Shown here piece by piece: positions 27,030 to 36,247 of a DNA stretch of 64,000 bases; the stretch's first letter is position 1, and the number at the start of each line of letters is the position of its first letter. The position numbers and the translations under genes are program-made. Source of the DNA: an uncultured Erythrobacter sp. (GTDB lineage Bacteria > Pseudomonadota > Alphaproteobacteria > Sphingomonadales > Sphingomonadaceae). The stretch lies in the NCBI GenBank assembly GCA_937969505.1, contig CALBWA010000010.1, forward strand, positions 11,184 through 75,183. The letters are read 5' to 3'. A model generated the notes under the pieces. The model saw nothing but the letters and a program-made list of their open reading frames with translations, searched no databases and was not told the DNA's origin.

Positions 27030-29351
27030 ATGGAATCTCCCGAAACCCTTCCCAAGCCTAGCGATCCGGCATCCGGCGCGCCACCTGTGCCCGCTTATGC
27101 TGCCCGGCTGAACGATCCCCAGCGCGAGGCTGTGCTCGCGACAGAGGGTCCGGTTCTGATGCTGGCCGGGGCCGGTACGGGCAAGACCGCTGCGCTGACC
27201 GCGCGGCTCGCCCATCTGGTCGCCACAGGGCGCGCTTGGCCCAGCCAGATTTTGTGCGTGACCTTCACCAATAAGGCTGCACGTGAAATGCGCGAGCGTG
27301 TGGGTCAGCATCTGGGCGATGTGGCCGAAGGGATGCAGTGGCTTGGCACTTTCCATTCGATATGTGCCAAGATGCTGCGCCGCCATGCCGAGCTGGTTGG
27401 CCTCCAGTCCAATTACACCATCATTGATACCGATGATCAGCTGCGCCTGCTCAAACAGCTGATTGTTCAGAATGATCTGGATGAAAAGCGCTGGCCTGCC
27501 CGCCAGCTGGCCGGATTGATCGATCGGTGGAAGAACCGCGGGCTCAATCCGGGTGATCTGGATGCGGTGGAGAACGAAAGTTATGCCAATGGCCGCGGGC
27601 AGCAATTCTATCAGCTCTATCAAGACCGTTTGAAGGCGCTGAATGCCTGCGATTTCGGCGACCTGATGCTGCATATGCTAAACATTTTCCGGCGCGAGCG
27701 CGATATTCTGGAAAGCTATCAGCAGCGCTTCAAATACATACTGGTCGATGAATATCAGGACACCAATGCGGTACAATATCTGTGGCTGCGCCTGCTTGCG
27801 CAAAGCCACAAGAACATTTGCGTTGTCGGGGATGATGATCAGTCGATCTATTCCTGGCGCGGCGCAGAAGTTGCCAATATCCTGCGGTTCGAGAAGGACT
27901 TTCCCGGCGCCAAAGTGGTCAAGCTGGAGCAGAATTATCGCTCAACCCCGCATATTCTGGCCGCCGCATCGGGCCTGATCCAGTCGAACAGTGAACGCCA
28001 TGACAAGACTTTGTGGACGCAAAGTGATGGCGGCGACAAGGTCAAGATCATCGGTGTATGGGATGCACCCGAAGAGGCGCGCCGGGTGGGCGAGGCGATT
28101 GAGCGACTGGAGCATGAAGGCGCGGCGCTGGACGAGGTCGCAATCCTCGTGCGTGCCCAATATCAGACCCGCGAGTTCGAAGACCGTTTTATCCAGATCG
28201 GGATCAATTACCGCATCATCGGCGGTTTCCGCTTTTACGAGCGCGCTGAAATCCGCGATGCCCTCGCTTACCTTCGCGTCATCGCTCAACCGCAGGATGA
28301 TCTGGCGTTTGAGCGCATATACAACCAGCCCAAGCGTGGGCTTGGCGCCAAAACGCTCGAGAAAATGCATGCTCATGCCCGCCGCCATGATCTGGCGCTG
28401 GCTGCGGCGTCTCTCCAGCTGGCTGATAGCGACGAATTGCCCAAGCGCGCGGCCGGCACGATTGGCACGCTGATGCGGCAATTCCTCCATTGGCGCGAAC
28501 AGGCAGAGCTTGTCACCCCTTCCGATCTGCTGCGGATGGTGCTGGAGGAAACCGGCTATAACGATATGCTCCAGAACGAGAAAACCGCCGAAAGCGCGGG
28601 CCGTCTGGAAAACCTGTCCGAACTTGCCCGCGCGATGGAAGAGTATGAAACTCTGAGCGATTTTCTGGAGCATGTTGCCTTGGTGATGGACAATGACCGC
28701 GCTGACGAGGGTGAAAAGGTCACCATCATGACCATGCACGGGGCCAAGGGGCTGGAGTTTGATCACGTGTTCCTGCCCGGTTGGGAAGAAGGGGTATTCC
28801 CGTCCCAGCGATCACTTGATGAAGGCGGGCTTGCCAGTCTGGAGGAGGAACGCCGCCTCGCTTATGTCGGGATCACCCGTGCGCGGCGGCACTGCACCAT
28901 CCTGCATGCGGCCAATCGGCGCATCTATGGTCAATGGACCAGTTCCATTCCCAGCCGCTTTATCGAGGAACTGCCCGAAGATCATATCGATCAGGAAAGC
29001 ACGATGACGGGCGGTGCATCGCTGTGGCGGGCCAATTGGTCGGAACAGGGCGATCCCTTCGCCCATGTCGCCCAGACAAGGCCCGAACGCGCGCAATCGC
29101 GCGGACCCGGCTGGCAGCGTGCCATCGCGACCGGGTATGAAACCAAGCAGGCCCGTATTCCCGACAACAAGCGGTCAGCCGCCAGTTTCGCTGCCAAGGC
29201 GCGCAGCGATATCTCCATCGGCCAGCGCGTGTTTCATGACAAATTCGGTTACGGCATCGTAATGGATCAGGAAGGCAACAAGCTGGAGATCGAGTTCGAG
29301 AAGTCCGGCACCAAGCGTGTAATCGACAGCTTTGTGCAATTGGCCGATTGA
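27030..29351 (+). CDS. uvrD: UvrD/PcrA family DNA helicase
   Basis: AGAGTGKT, VTFTNKAA, VDEYQD, VGDDDQSIY, TMHGAKGLEF and EERRLAYVGITRA motifs. Confidence 0.95.
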   Translation: MESPETLPKPSDPASGAPPVPAYAARLNDPQREAVLATEGPVLMLAGAGTGKTAALTARLAHLVATGRAWPSQILCVTFTNKAAREMRERVGQHLGDVAEGMQWLGTFHSICAKMLRRHAELVGLQSNYTIIDTDDQLRLLKQLIVQNDLDEKRWPARQLAGLIDRWKNRGLNPGDLDAVENESYANGRGQQFYQLYQDRLKALNACDFGDLMLHMLNIFRRERDILESYQQRFKYILVDEYQDTNAVQYLWLRLLAQSHKNICVVGDDDQSIYSWRGAEVANILRFEKDFPGAKVVKLEQNYRSTPHILAAASGLIQSNSERHDKTLWTQSDGGDKVKIIGVWDAPEEARRVGEAIERLEHEGAALDEVAILVRAQYQTREFEDRFIQIGINYRIIGGFRFYERAEIRDALAYLRVIAQPQDDLAFERIYNQPKRGLGAKTLEKMHAHARRHDLALAAASLQLADSDELPKRAAGTIGTLMRQFLHWREQAELVTPSDLLRMVLEETGYNDMLQNEKTAESAGRLENLSELARAMEEYETLSDFLEHVALVMDNDRADEGEKVTIMTMHGAKGLEFDHVFLPGWEEGVFPSQRSLDEGGLASLEEERRLAYVGITRARRHCTILHAANRRIYGQWTSSIPSRFIEELPEDHIDQESTMTGGASLWRANWSEQGDPFAHVAQTRPERAQSRGPGWQRAIATGYETKQARIPDNKRSAASFAAKARSDISIGQRVFHDKFGYGIVMDQEGNKLEIEFEKSGTKRVIDSFVQLAD

Positions 29352-29452
29352 TCCAAACACATACCGCTCCACCACATACCATCCAATTGGGAGTCGACAG
29401 CTAACGCAATTCACTGCACCTTCTGCTCGAAAGCCTCGGACAGGAGTTGGTG

Positions 29453-31132
29453 ATGAGCGGACAGGATTTGGATGCAGTAATCGTCGGCGCGGGTTTTTCC
29501 GGCCTTTACATGCTCCACAAATTGCGCGGTCTGGGTTTCAGCGCACGCGTTATCGAAGCAGCGGACGACGTTGGGGGAACATGGTACTGGAACCGCTATC
29601 CCGGAGCGCGCTGCGACATTGAAAGCTGCGATTATTCCTATTGCTTCGACGAGGATTTGCAGCAGGAATGGCAATGGAGCGAACGCTACGCCTCGCAACC
29701 GGAAATCCTGCGTTACTTGCAACATGTTGCAGAGCGCTTCGACCTGAGGCGCGACATCACATTTGAAAACCGGGTTGAGCAGGCTCAATGGGACGAGGCC
29801 GCACAACTGTGGACCGTCTCGACCGACAGCGGCGAGCAATTGACAGCCCGGTTCTGTATCATGGGCACCGGTTGCCTGTCGTCCTTCAACACACCCGACA
29901 TTCCCGGCCTCGCCGACTTTGCAGGCGATACCTACACCACTGGCCAATGGCCGCATGAAGGGGTCGATTTCACCGGCAAGAAAGTGGTTATGATCGGCAC
30001 CGGGTCCAGTTCGATCCAGTCGACCCCGATCATTGCGCAGCAGGCCGAACAGCTGACAATTCTGCAGCGCACACCCAATTATGTCGTGCCCGCCCATAAC
30101 TACCCGATGCCCGATGATGAGGCGAGCGAAGTCAAGCAGAGCTATTCAAAATTGCGTGATGCAGCCCAGGAATCCTCTGTTGGATCCGGACGCACATTGC
30201 CCCGCACTCCGCATCTGGCGACAAGCCTTGATGAACAAACGTTCCTTGCGGACATGGAACGGCGCTGGGCCGTGGGTGGACTGGTTGGATTTGTCGGCGC
30301 CTATGCAGATCTCAATATGGACCCGGCAGCGGCAAACCGAGTCGGTGAATTCTTTGCAGACAAAATCCGCGCGCGGGTCGGCGATCCGGAAGTGGCCGAA
30401 AAACTGATCCCGCATGATCATTACGTCACGACAAAGCGACTGTGTGTGGACACCGGTTATTATGAAAGCTTCAACCGGGACAATGTGGATCTGGTCGATT
30501 TGCGCGCCACCCCGATCAAGACGATTGTTGCCGACGGGGTGCGCGTAGGCGACACATTGATCGAGGCAGACACGCTGGTGCTGGCGACGGGTTTCGACGC
30601 CATGACCGGATCGCTCAACCGGATCGATATTCGCGGCACAGGCGGACTGTCATTGGCAGACAAGTGGAGCGAGGGCGCATCGTCGCTGCTCGGCCTGATG
30701 AGCCACTGTTTCCCCAATCTGTTCACTATCACGGGACCGGGTAGTCCGTCCGTATTGACCAATATGGTCACCTCGATTGAGCAGCATGTCGATTACATCG
30801 CGGGTATCATGGTGCATTTGCGCGACCAAGGCGGGGTCCAGATCGAGGCCGAACAGGACGTCGAGGACGCATGGGTCACGCATAACAATACCGTTGCGCA
30901 AACGACCACCTATATGTCAGCCAACAGTTGGTACATAGGCGCTAATATTCCCGGGAAACCACGCGTTTTCCTACCCTATATTGGTGGTTATCACGCCTAT
31001 CGCGCGATTTGCCAAGACATAGCACAGAACGGCTATTGCGGGTTTCTCATCGACGGCAAGTCCCAACCTTGCGCGGTCGATTTTGATGCGCATGTCGAGA
31101 GCTTCACGCCTGAGGAATTGATGGTCGCCTGA
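29453..31132 (+). CDS. Baeyer-Villiger monooxygenase (type I)
   Basis: GAGFSG, GGTWYWNRYPGARCD, an atypical fingerprint FAGDTYTTGQWP, GTGSS, QRTP and ATGF motifs. Confidence 0.9.
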   Translation: MSGQDLDAVIVGAGFSGLYMLHKLRGLGFSARVIEAADDVGGTWYWNRYPGARCDIESCDYSYCFDEDLQQEWQWSERYASQPEILRYLQHVAERFDLRRDITFENRVEQAQWDEAAQLWTVSTDSGEQLTARFCIMGTGCLSSFNTPDIPGLADFAGDTYTTGQWPHEGVDFTGKKVVMIGTGSSSIQSTPIIAQQAEQLTILQRTPNYVVPAHNYPMPDDEASEVKQSYSKLRDAAQESSVGSGRTLPRTPHLATSLDEQTFLADMERRWAVGGLVGFVGAYADLNMDPAAANRVGEFFADKIRARVGDPEVAEKLIPHDHYVTTKRLCVDTGYYESFNRDNVDLVDLRATPIKTIVADGVRVGDTLIEADTLVLATGFDAMTGSLNRIDIRGTGGLSLADKWSEGASSLLGLMSHCFPNLFTITGPGSPSVLTNMVTSIEQHVDYIAGIMVHLRDQGGVQIEAEQDVEDAWVTHNNTVAQTTTYMSANSWYIGANIPGKPRVFLPYIGGYHAYRAICQDIAQNGYCGFLIDGKSQPCAVDFDAHVESFTPEELMVA

Positions 31133-31461
31133 CCCAGGCGAACACCCGACTTTCCTACTCGCGCGGGCTTTGCCAAAGTTAGTGCAAAGTCTCGTGTTGC
31201 TCTTTCCCATCGTCAGCCCGCGCATATTGAAAGTGTCTCCCGCACCTTTCACGCAACCCGGTCTCAGTTGCGATTTGGAAAGGTGTCAACTTCGAAAACC
31301 TCTCTCAAGTTACTCTATCACCTCAAGAATTTACGGATTCAACCGGTTGACACGGTGTCATCTGTGTCAACTTTGATTTTGCTCTGGCCTTTGGTCTGCG
31401 CGATCAAAGGTCATGTCCAAATCACGCTGGCCAGCCCGGCTCTATGTCCGGCAAACCTGCC

Positions 31462-33660
31462 TCAGGCAGCCCTTGCTTCCAGATCAAGCTGGATAAATTT
31501 GGGCGGCAATTTGTCCTCTGGCCTGATATCCGGCATCTGGTACGCGCCCTCGCCCAGAGCGGCCAAAGGCATTCCGGCCTCGGCCAGAGAATAGGGCGAC
31601 ACGCGGTGACGTGTTACCAGGCCGTTGTTCCCGTCGTTGATCAACGGAGTCTCGAAAGCGACACCCTGGCTCGATTCACCAGAGTGTACGACACTTGCAT
31701 AGGCAAGCTGGCCCCCGCCAAGGTCGAGCACGATATCAGTCCCGACCGGCACCTCGGCCAACCCATCTATCCGGGCCCCTGATTTCGAAATGTTGCGCAA
31801 CATCACATGGTAATAATGGTCTTCATGGATCAGTCCGATTTTGCGATAAGCGGTCAACCTGTCCGAGCGATAGCGCGGCGGACCGTCGGGCCGGAAATTC
31901 AGCACGCCCTGGTCAAAACGTTCCAGCAAAACGTCCTGGGCCAGTGGGCGCGAATAGATGTAACCCTGGACCAGATCGGCCCCGCGTTCGGTCACCAAAG
32001 CCAGTTCATCCATCGCCTCGACCCCTTCAGCAACGGTTTCCATATCCAGCGCGCGCGCAATGGCGATAATCGCAGAGATAATCGCCGGATTGGTGTCGCC
32101 GCTCTCTGTACAGCCTCGCACAAAGCTCTGATCGATCTTGATCTTGTTGAAGGGCGCCCGTTTCAGATAACCGAGCGAGGAATAGCCGGTTCCGAAATCA
32201 TCCAAAGCCAGACGAACGCCCATTTTCTTCAATTTGGCAAAGGTTTCATCGACCGATTCCACCTCCCCGACAAAGACACTCTCGGTCAGTTCCAACTCCA
32301 GCCGCGCCGGATCCAGTCCACTTTGCGCCAGAGCCGAAGATACGGATTTGCAGAAATCGGCAGTCATGAATTGCTTGGCTGACACGTTGACCGCGATCCC
32401 GATGCTGCTGGGCCATTTCGTCGCATCCCGGCATGCCTGATGCAATGCCCAGTCGCCCAGTTTGACAATCAGATCCGATTGTTCAGCAATATTGATGAAA
32501 ATCTCAGGCGAAATATTGTCCATGCCCGGGCGTTCCCAACGCATCAGGGCTTCAAAGCATTTGACCTCGCCATTATCCGGATTGACCAGCGGCTGATAGT
32601 TGAGCTTGAACTCGCCCGCTTCCAGCGCGTCGCTCAGATTGTCCTGAATATCTGCACCCCGCGCTGCTTCCTCACGCAGCTCGGTGGTGTAATAGCGGAA
32701 TGTGCCGCGTCCGCTGCCTTTGGCCGCATATAGCGCCAGATCAACCGCCCGGTTGAGATCGGTCGTCTCCAGTCCATCATAAGGCGCAATCGCGATGCCG
32801 ATAGACGTGCCAATGATCGCTCGGCGGCCGTTGATTGAATAGGGTTGGGAAAGCATCTGGATGATACGCCCGGCCAGATTGCCCAAATCCCCGCGATCAT
32901 CAATGTCCGGCAGGATGATCTGGAACTCGTCTCCGCCCAGACGGCCGACTTCTCCCTTGTCCTTGATCAAGGAATTCAGTCTGTCCGCCACCTGCTTCAG
33001 CAATTCATCGCCAGCTGGATGACCCATGGTGTCGTTGACTTGCTTGAACCGGTCCAGATCAAGCATCATCAGTGCGCAACTGCGGCCGGCGGCCTGATAA
33101 GAACTGAGAATCGTTTCCAGCCGCCCATTCAAGCGGCGCCTGTTTGCCAATCCAGTCAGCTCATCAAATTGGGATTGTCGATTGACGTCCTGATTTCGCC
33201 GGAATTCAAGAGTGATGTCCTCGCAATTGCCCCGATAGCCGCGAAAATTGCCATCGGCGTCGCTATACGGCTTGCCCGAAATGCGCCAATACCGAGGCGC
33301 CCTGCGCTTGCCATCGGGATTTTCATTCAGCTCGATCTGGACAATCTGATTTTCGATCTTGGCCTTGGAGACCATAAGAAACTTCAATGACCTGGTGTTG
33401 ATCTGATCATCTTCACTTTCAGCGTCGGTGAAGATGGATTTGACCGGCTGGCCCAACAGATCGGTTTCTTGGCGGTCGAGTGAAATCAGCGCACGTGACG
33501 AGAGGTAGGCCAGATTGTCATTTTCGTCCGTTGCCCAGAACAGACCGACACCCGACGCCTCAATCTGCGCGAGATAATTCGATGGCTCTATGCAGGGTGC
33601 CGACGATGACGATGCCAGCTCCGAAGTCTTGCGCTGGCGTACTCTTTTGATCAGCCCCAT
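31462..33660 (-). CDS. PAS-GGDEF-EAL-PilZ c-di-GMP signalling protein
   Basis: DELTGLANRR, DLDRFKQVND, GGDEF, EAL, DDFGTGYSSL, AEGVE, and a C-terminal PilZ-like segment with NISKSG. Confidence 0.9.
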   Translation of the reverse strand: MGLIKRVRQRKTSELASSSSAPCIEPSNYLAQIEASGVGLFWATDENDNLAYLSSRALISLDRQETDLLGQPVKSIFTDAESEDDQINTRSLKFLMVSKAKIENQIVQIELNENPDGKRRAPRYWRISGKPYSDADGNFRGYRGNCEDITLEFRRNQDVNRQSQFDELTGLANRRRLNGRLETILSSYQAAGRSCALMMLDLDRFKQVNDTMGHPAGDELLKQVADRLNSLIKDKGEVGRLGGDEFQIILPDIDDRGDLGNLAGRIIQMLSQPYSINGRRAIIGTSIGIAIAPYDGLETTDLNRAVDLALYAAKGSGRGTFRYYTTELREEAARGADIQDNLSDALEAGEFKLNYQPLVNPDNGEVKCFEALMRWERPGMDNISPEIFINIAEQSDLIVKLGDWALHQACRDATKWPSSIGIAVNVSAKQFMTADFCKSVSSALAQSGLDPARLELELTESVFVGEVESVDETFAKLKKMGVRLALDDFGTGYSSLGYLKRAPFNKIKIDQSFVRGCTESGDTNPAIISAIIAIARALDMETVAEGVEAMDELALVTERGADLVQGYIYSRPLAQDVLLERFDQGVLNFRPDGPPRYRSDRLTAYRKIGLIHEDHYYHVMLRNISKSGARIDGLAEVPVGTDIVLDLGGGQLAYASVVHSGESSQGVAFETPLINDGNNGLVTRHRVSPYSLAEAGMPLAALGEGAYQMPDIRPEDKLPPKFIQLDLEARAA

Positions 33661-33841
33661 TCTCAAATGCCTGCTCCCCAATAATGCGATCTTGTCATTT
33701 GACCGCGAGGATTGCGTGTCAGAAATGCGTCACATTTAGGAAATCATCTGACACAAAAGTATGGCCAAAGTGTTACCTTGGAAGACCGAAAGTGACTGTA
33801 TTTGCTCGCATCAGCAAAACCATGCTGAGCAAGCAATCAGG

Positions 33842-35326
33842 TCAGCCCTTGAAGCCGACGTCCAAAAAGCCCGGCTTCGGACCGTTCCATTCGCCTGCCG
33901 GAACAGGCTCGTCATCCTGATCGCGGCGGCGGTTTGACCGCGGCTTGCTTTCGCGCTTGGGCTCGTCCGATGGTTTGGCTCTGCGAGGAGCACGCTCGCG
34001 CTTGGCCTTGGGTGCCTCGGCTTCATGCTCTGCATCGTTCTGTTCCGCTGGCGCATGATCGGCATCACGCGGTTCGTCAGATTTGGCCTTGCGCGAGCGG
34101 GCAGGCTTTTTCTTGGCCCCTTCGGCTGGCTTATCGGCAGATGCGTCGCTGTCAGACTTGCCGCTTGGCTTCTTCCTGTCCTTGGCCGGATCGACCAATT
34201 CCACGCGAACATCTTCCTTGCCGAAAACCTTGATCTTGGTCTTGGTCAGCTTCTCGACATTGGCAATCGCCTCGCCATCTTCATCCGATACGAAGGTGAA
34301 GGCCCGGCCCTTGGCCCCTGCCCGCCCCGTGCGGCCAATCCGATGGACATAGTCATCGGGATGCCATGGCGTGTCATAATTGAACACGTGGCTGACGCCT
34401 TTGACGTCGAGCCCGCGCGCCGCAACATCAGATGCGACCAGAATGTTGACGTCACCCGCCTTGAACCGTTCAAGTTCGCGGATCCGGCTGGTCTGGTCCA
34501 TATCGCCATGGATTTCGCCGCTGGAAAAGCCATAGCTTTGCAGGCTCTTGTTGAGCTCGCGCACGGTGGTCTTGCGATTGGCAAAGATGATCGCCGTTTC
34601 GACATGGTCGTTCTGGAGCAACCAGCGCAGCGTTTCACGCTTCTTGCGGTTGGGAACGGGAATTTTGAACGCCGTGATGTCCTTGTTCGTCGAAGCAGCG
34701 CGACTGACCTCAATCCGCTTGGGATTGTCGAGGAATGTCTTGCCCAATTTTTCGATCGGAGGCGGCATTGTTGCCGAAAACAGCATGGTCTGCCGCGTTT
34801 CGGGAAGTTTTGAACAGATAAACTCAATGTCAGGGATGAAGCCCATGTCGAGCATCCGGTCCGCTTCGTCGATAACCAGCAATTCACACCCGTTGAGCAT
34901 GATCTTGCCACGCTCGAACAGATCCATCAGGCGGCCGGGCGTTGCAATCAGAACATCGACGCCCTCGTCCAGCGCCTTGACCTGATCACCCATCTGGACG
35001 CCGCCGATCAGCAGCGTCATCTTGAGGTCGTGATACTTGCCGTATTTCTCGAAGTTTTCTGCCACCTGGGCGGCCAGTTCACGGGTCGGCTCCAGAATCA
35101 GCGAACGTGGCATCCGTGCACGGCGGCGACCGCTTGCCAGAATGTCGATCATGGGCAAAACAAAACCGGCGGTCTTGCCTGTACCGGTCTGCGCAATGCC
35201 GAGGATGTCCTTCATCATCAGCACAGGTGGGATGGCTTCTGCCTGGATCGCAGTGGGCTCGGTATAGCCGGCTTCAGCTACGGCTTTGAGCAATTCTTCG
35301 GAAAGGCCGAGATCGGCAAATGTCAT
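33842..35326 (-). CDS. DEAD-box RNA helicase (RhlE-like)
   Basis: AQTGTGKT, PTRELA, DEAD, SAT and HRIGRTGR motifs with a charged C-terminal tail. Confidence 0.95.
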   Translation of the reverse strand: MTFADLGLSEELLKAVAEAGYTEPTAIQAEAIPPVLMMKDILGIAQTGTGKTAGFVLPMIDILASGRRRARMPRSLILEPTRELAAQVAENFEKYGKYHDLKMTLLIGGVQMGDQVKALDEGVDVLIATPGRLMDLFERGKIMLNGCELLVIDEADRMLDMGFIPDIEFICSKLPETRQTMLFSATMPPPIEKLGKTFLDNPKRIEVSRAASTNKDITAFKIPVPNRKKRETLRWLLQNDHVETAIIFANRKTTVRELNKSLQSYGFSSGEIHGDMDQTSRIRELERFKAGDVNILVASDVAARGLDVKGVSHVFNYDTPWHPDDYVHRIGRTGRAGAKGRAFTFVSDEDGEAIANVEKLTKTKIKVFGKEDVRVELVDPAKDRKKPSGKSDSDASADKPAEGAKKKPARSRKAKSDEPRDADHAPAEQNDAEHEAEAPKAKRERAPRRAKPSDEPKRESKPRSNRRRDQDDEPVPAGEWNGPKPGFLDVGFKG

Positions 35327-35519
35327 GCGGTTCAAATTGTCCGGGTTGATCGGGCGCTATGGCCTGAAATGCGCCGCCTGCAGGAAATTCCGCAACGGTC
35401 ACTCGCGCCTTTGCTGAATAGTGCCCCAAAGTCAAGAAAAGCGCCCTGCACTAACGCCTGCAACGAGCGACAATTTGCCACGTGATGCGCAATGGCGACA
35501 CCACGGGAAACCTGGCCGC

Positions 35520-36101
35520 CTATTCCTCGACCGCAACCAATTGGCGCAAACGGTCAATCTCGCACTTGGCACCGGCCCGTGACTGAAGCTTGTCACGCCC
35601 CACGCACAGTTTACCGTCTTCATTCCGCTCAAGGTAAAAGCCGGAATAGAAATCGCGCGCACGGCAGGATTTCTCGAGCATCGCACTGACGGTGCGACGA
35701 TCATTGAGATAAAGGATCAGCCGGTTTCCGCTGCCGGTCTGCACGCCGACAATGCCAGAGACTGCCAGACAATCTTCCATTTTCCGCTCGCGATACTCGC
35801 GCGGGGCAGCCTGCTGCGGCAAATCGGCAACAAGGTTTTGGCGGGCAGCCGCAGTGTGCGGGGCGATGCGGATGGTCACGCGGCGTTCAATCCGCACCTG
35901 ATTCTGCACCGGAACCTGCAAAAAGGTTTGATGACGCGATGTCTCGCTCAGTTGTTCAGGCGCGGCAACTTTACCGGCAGATCGCGGATCAAGCCTGTTG
36001 GTGACATCATGGCGGTCGGGCGCTGAGGCGGCACCATCACTCCACAGCCCTACGGGCAAGGCAAGCGCAAGCGGCGCCAGAATGGCCAAAATGCCGTGCA
36101 T
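35520..36101 (-). CDS. Secreted hypothetical protein with four Cys
   Basis: N-terminal hydrophobic signal and coding-like composition; fills the gap between flanking genes. Confidence 0.7.
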   Translation of the reverse strand: MHGILAILAPLALALPVGLWSDGAASAPDRHDVTNRLDPRSAGKVAAPEQLSETSRHQTFLQVPVQNQVRIERRVTIRIAPHTAAARQNLVADLPQQAAPREYRERKMEDCLAVSGIVGVQTGSGNRLILYLNDRRTVSAMLEKSCRARDFYSGFYLERNEDGKLCVGRDKLQSRAGAKCEIDRLRQLVAVEE

Positions 36102-36247
36102 CGGACTGCGCTTACCTCCGTTAATTCCCTGAAGGACGTTTTGTCATTTCGAGCCGTACTAGCAAGAAGAATTGAATGGTGGCTTAATTGAAATGCAGTT
36201 TTCGCCACACTGGATCAAAACCGGCCTGCTGTGCCATAGGCTGCAAC

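Noticed and set aside
26940-27030. LexA box upstream of uvrD
   Set aside because: The best candidates deviate in half-site sequence or spacing from GAAC-N7-GAAC.
29357-29385. CACATACC repeated twice after uvrD
   Set aside because: Only 8 bp, with no supporting context; it may be chance.
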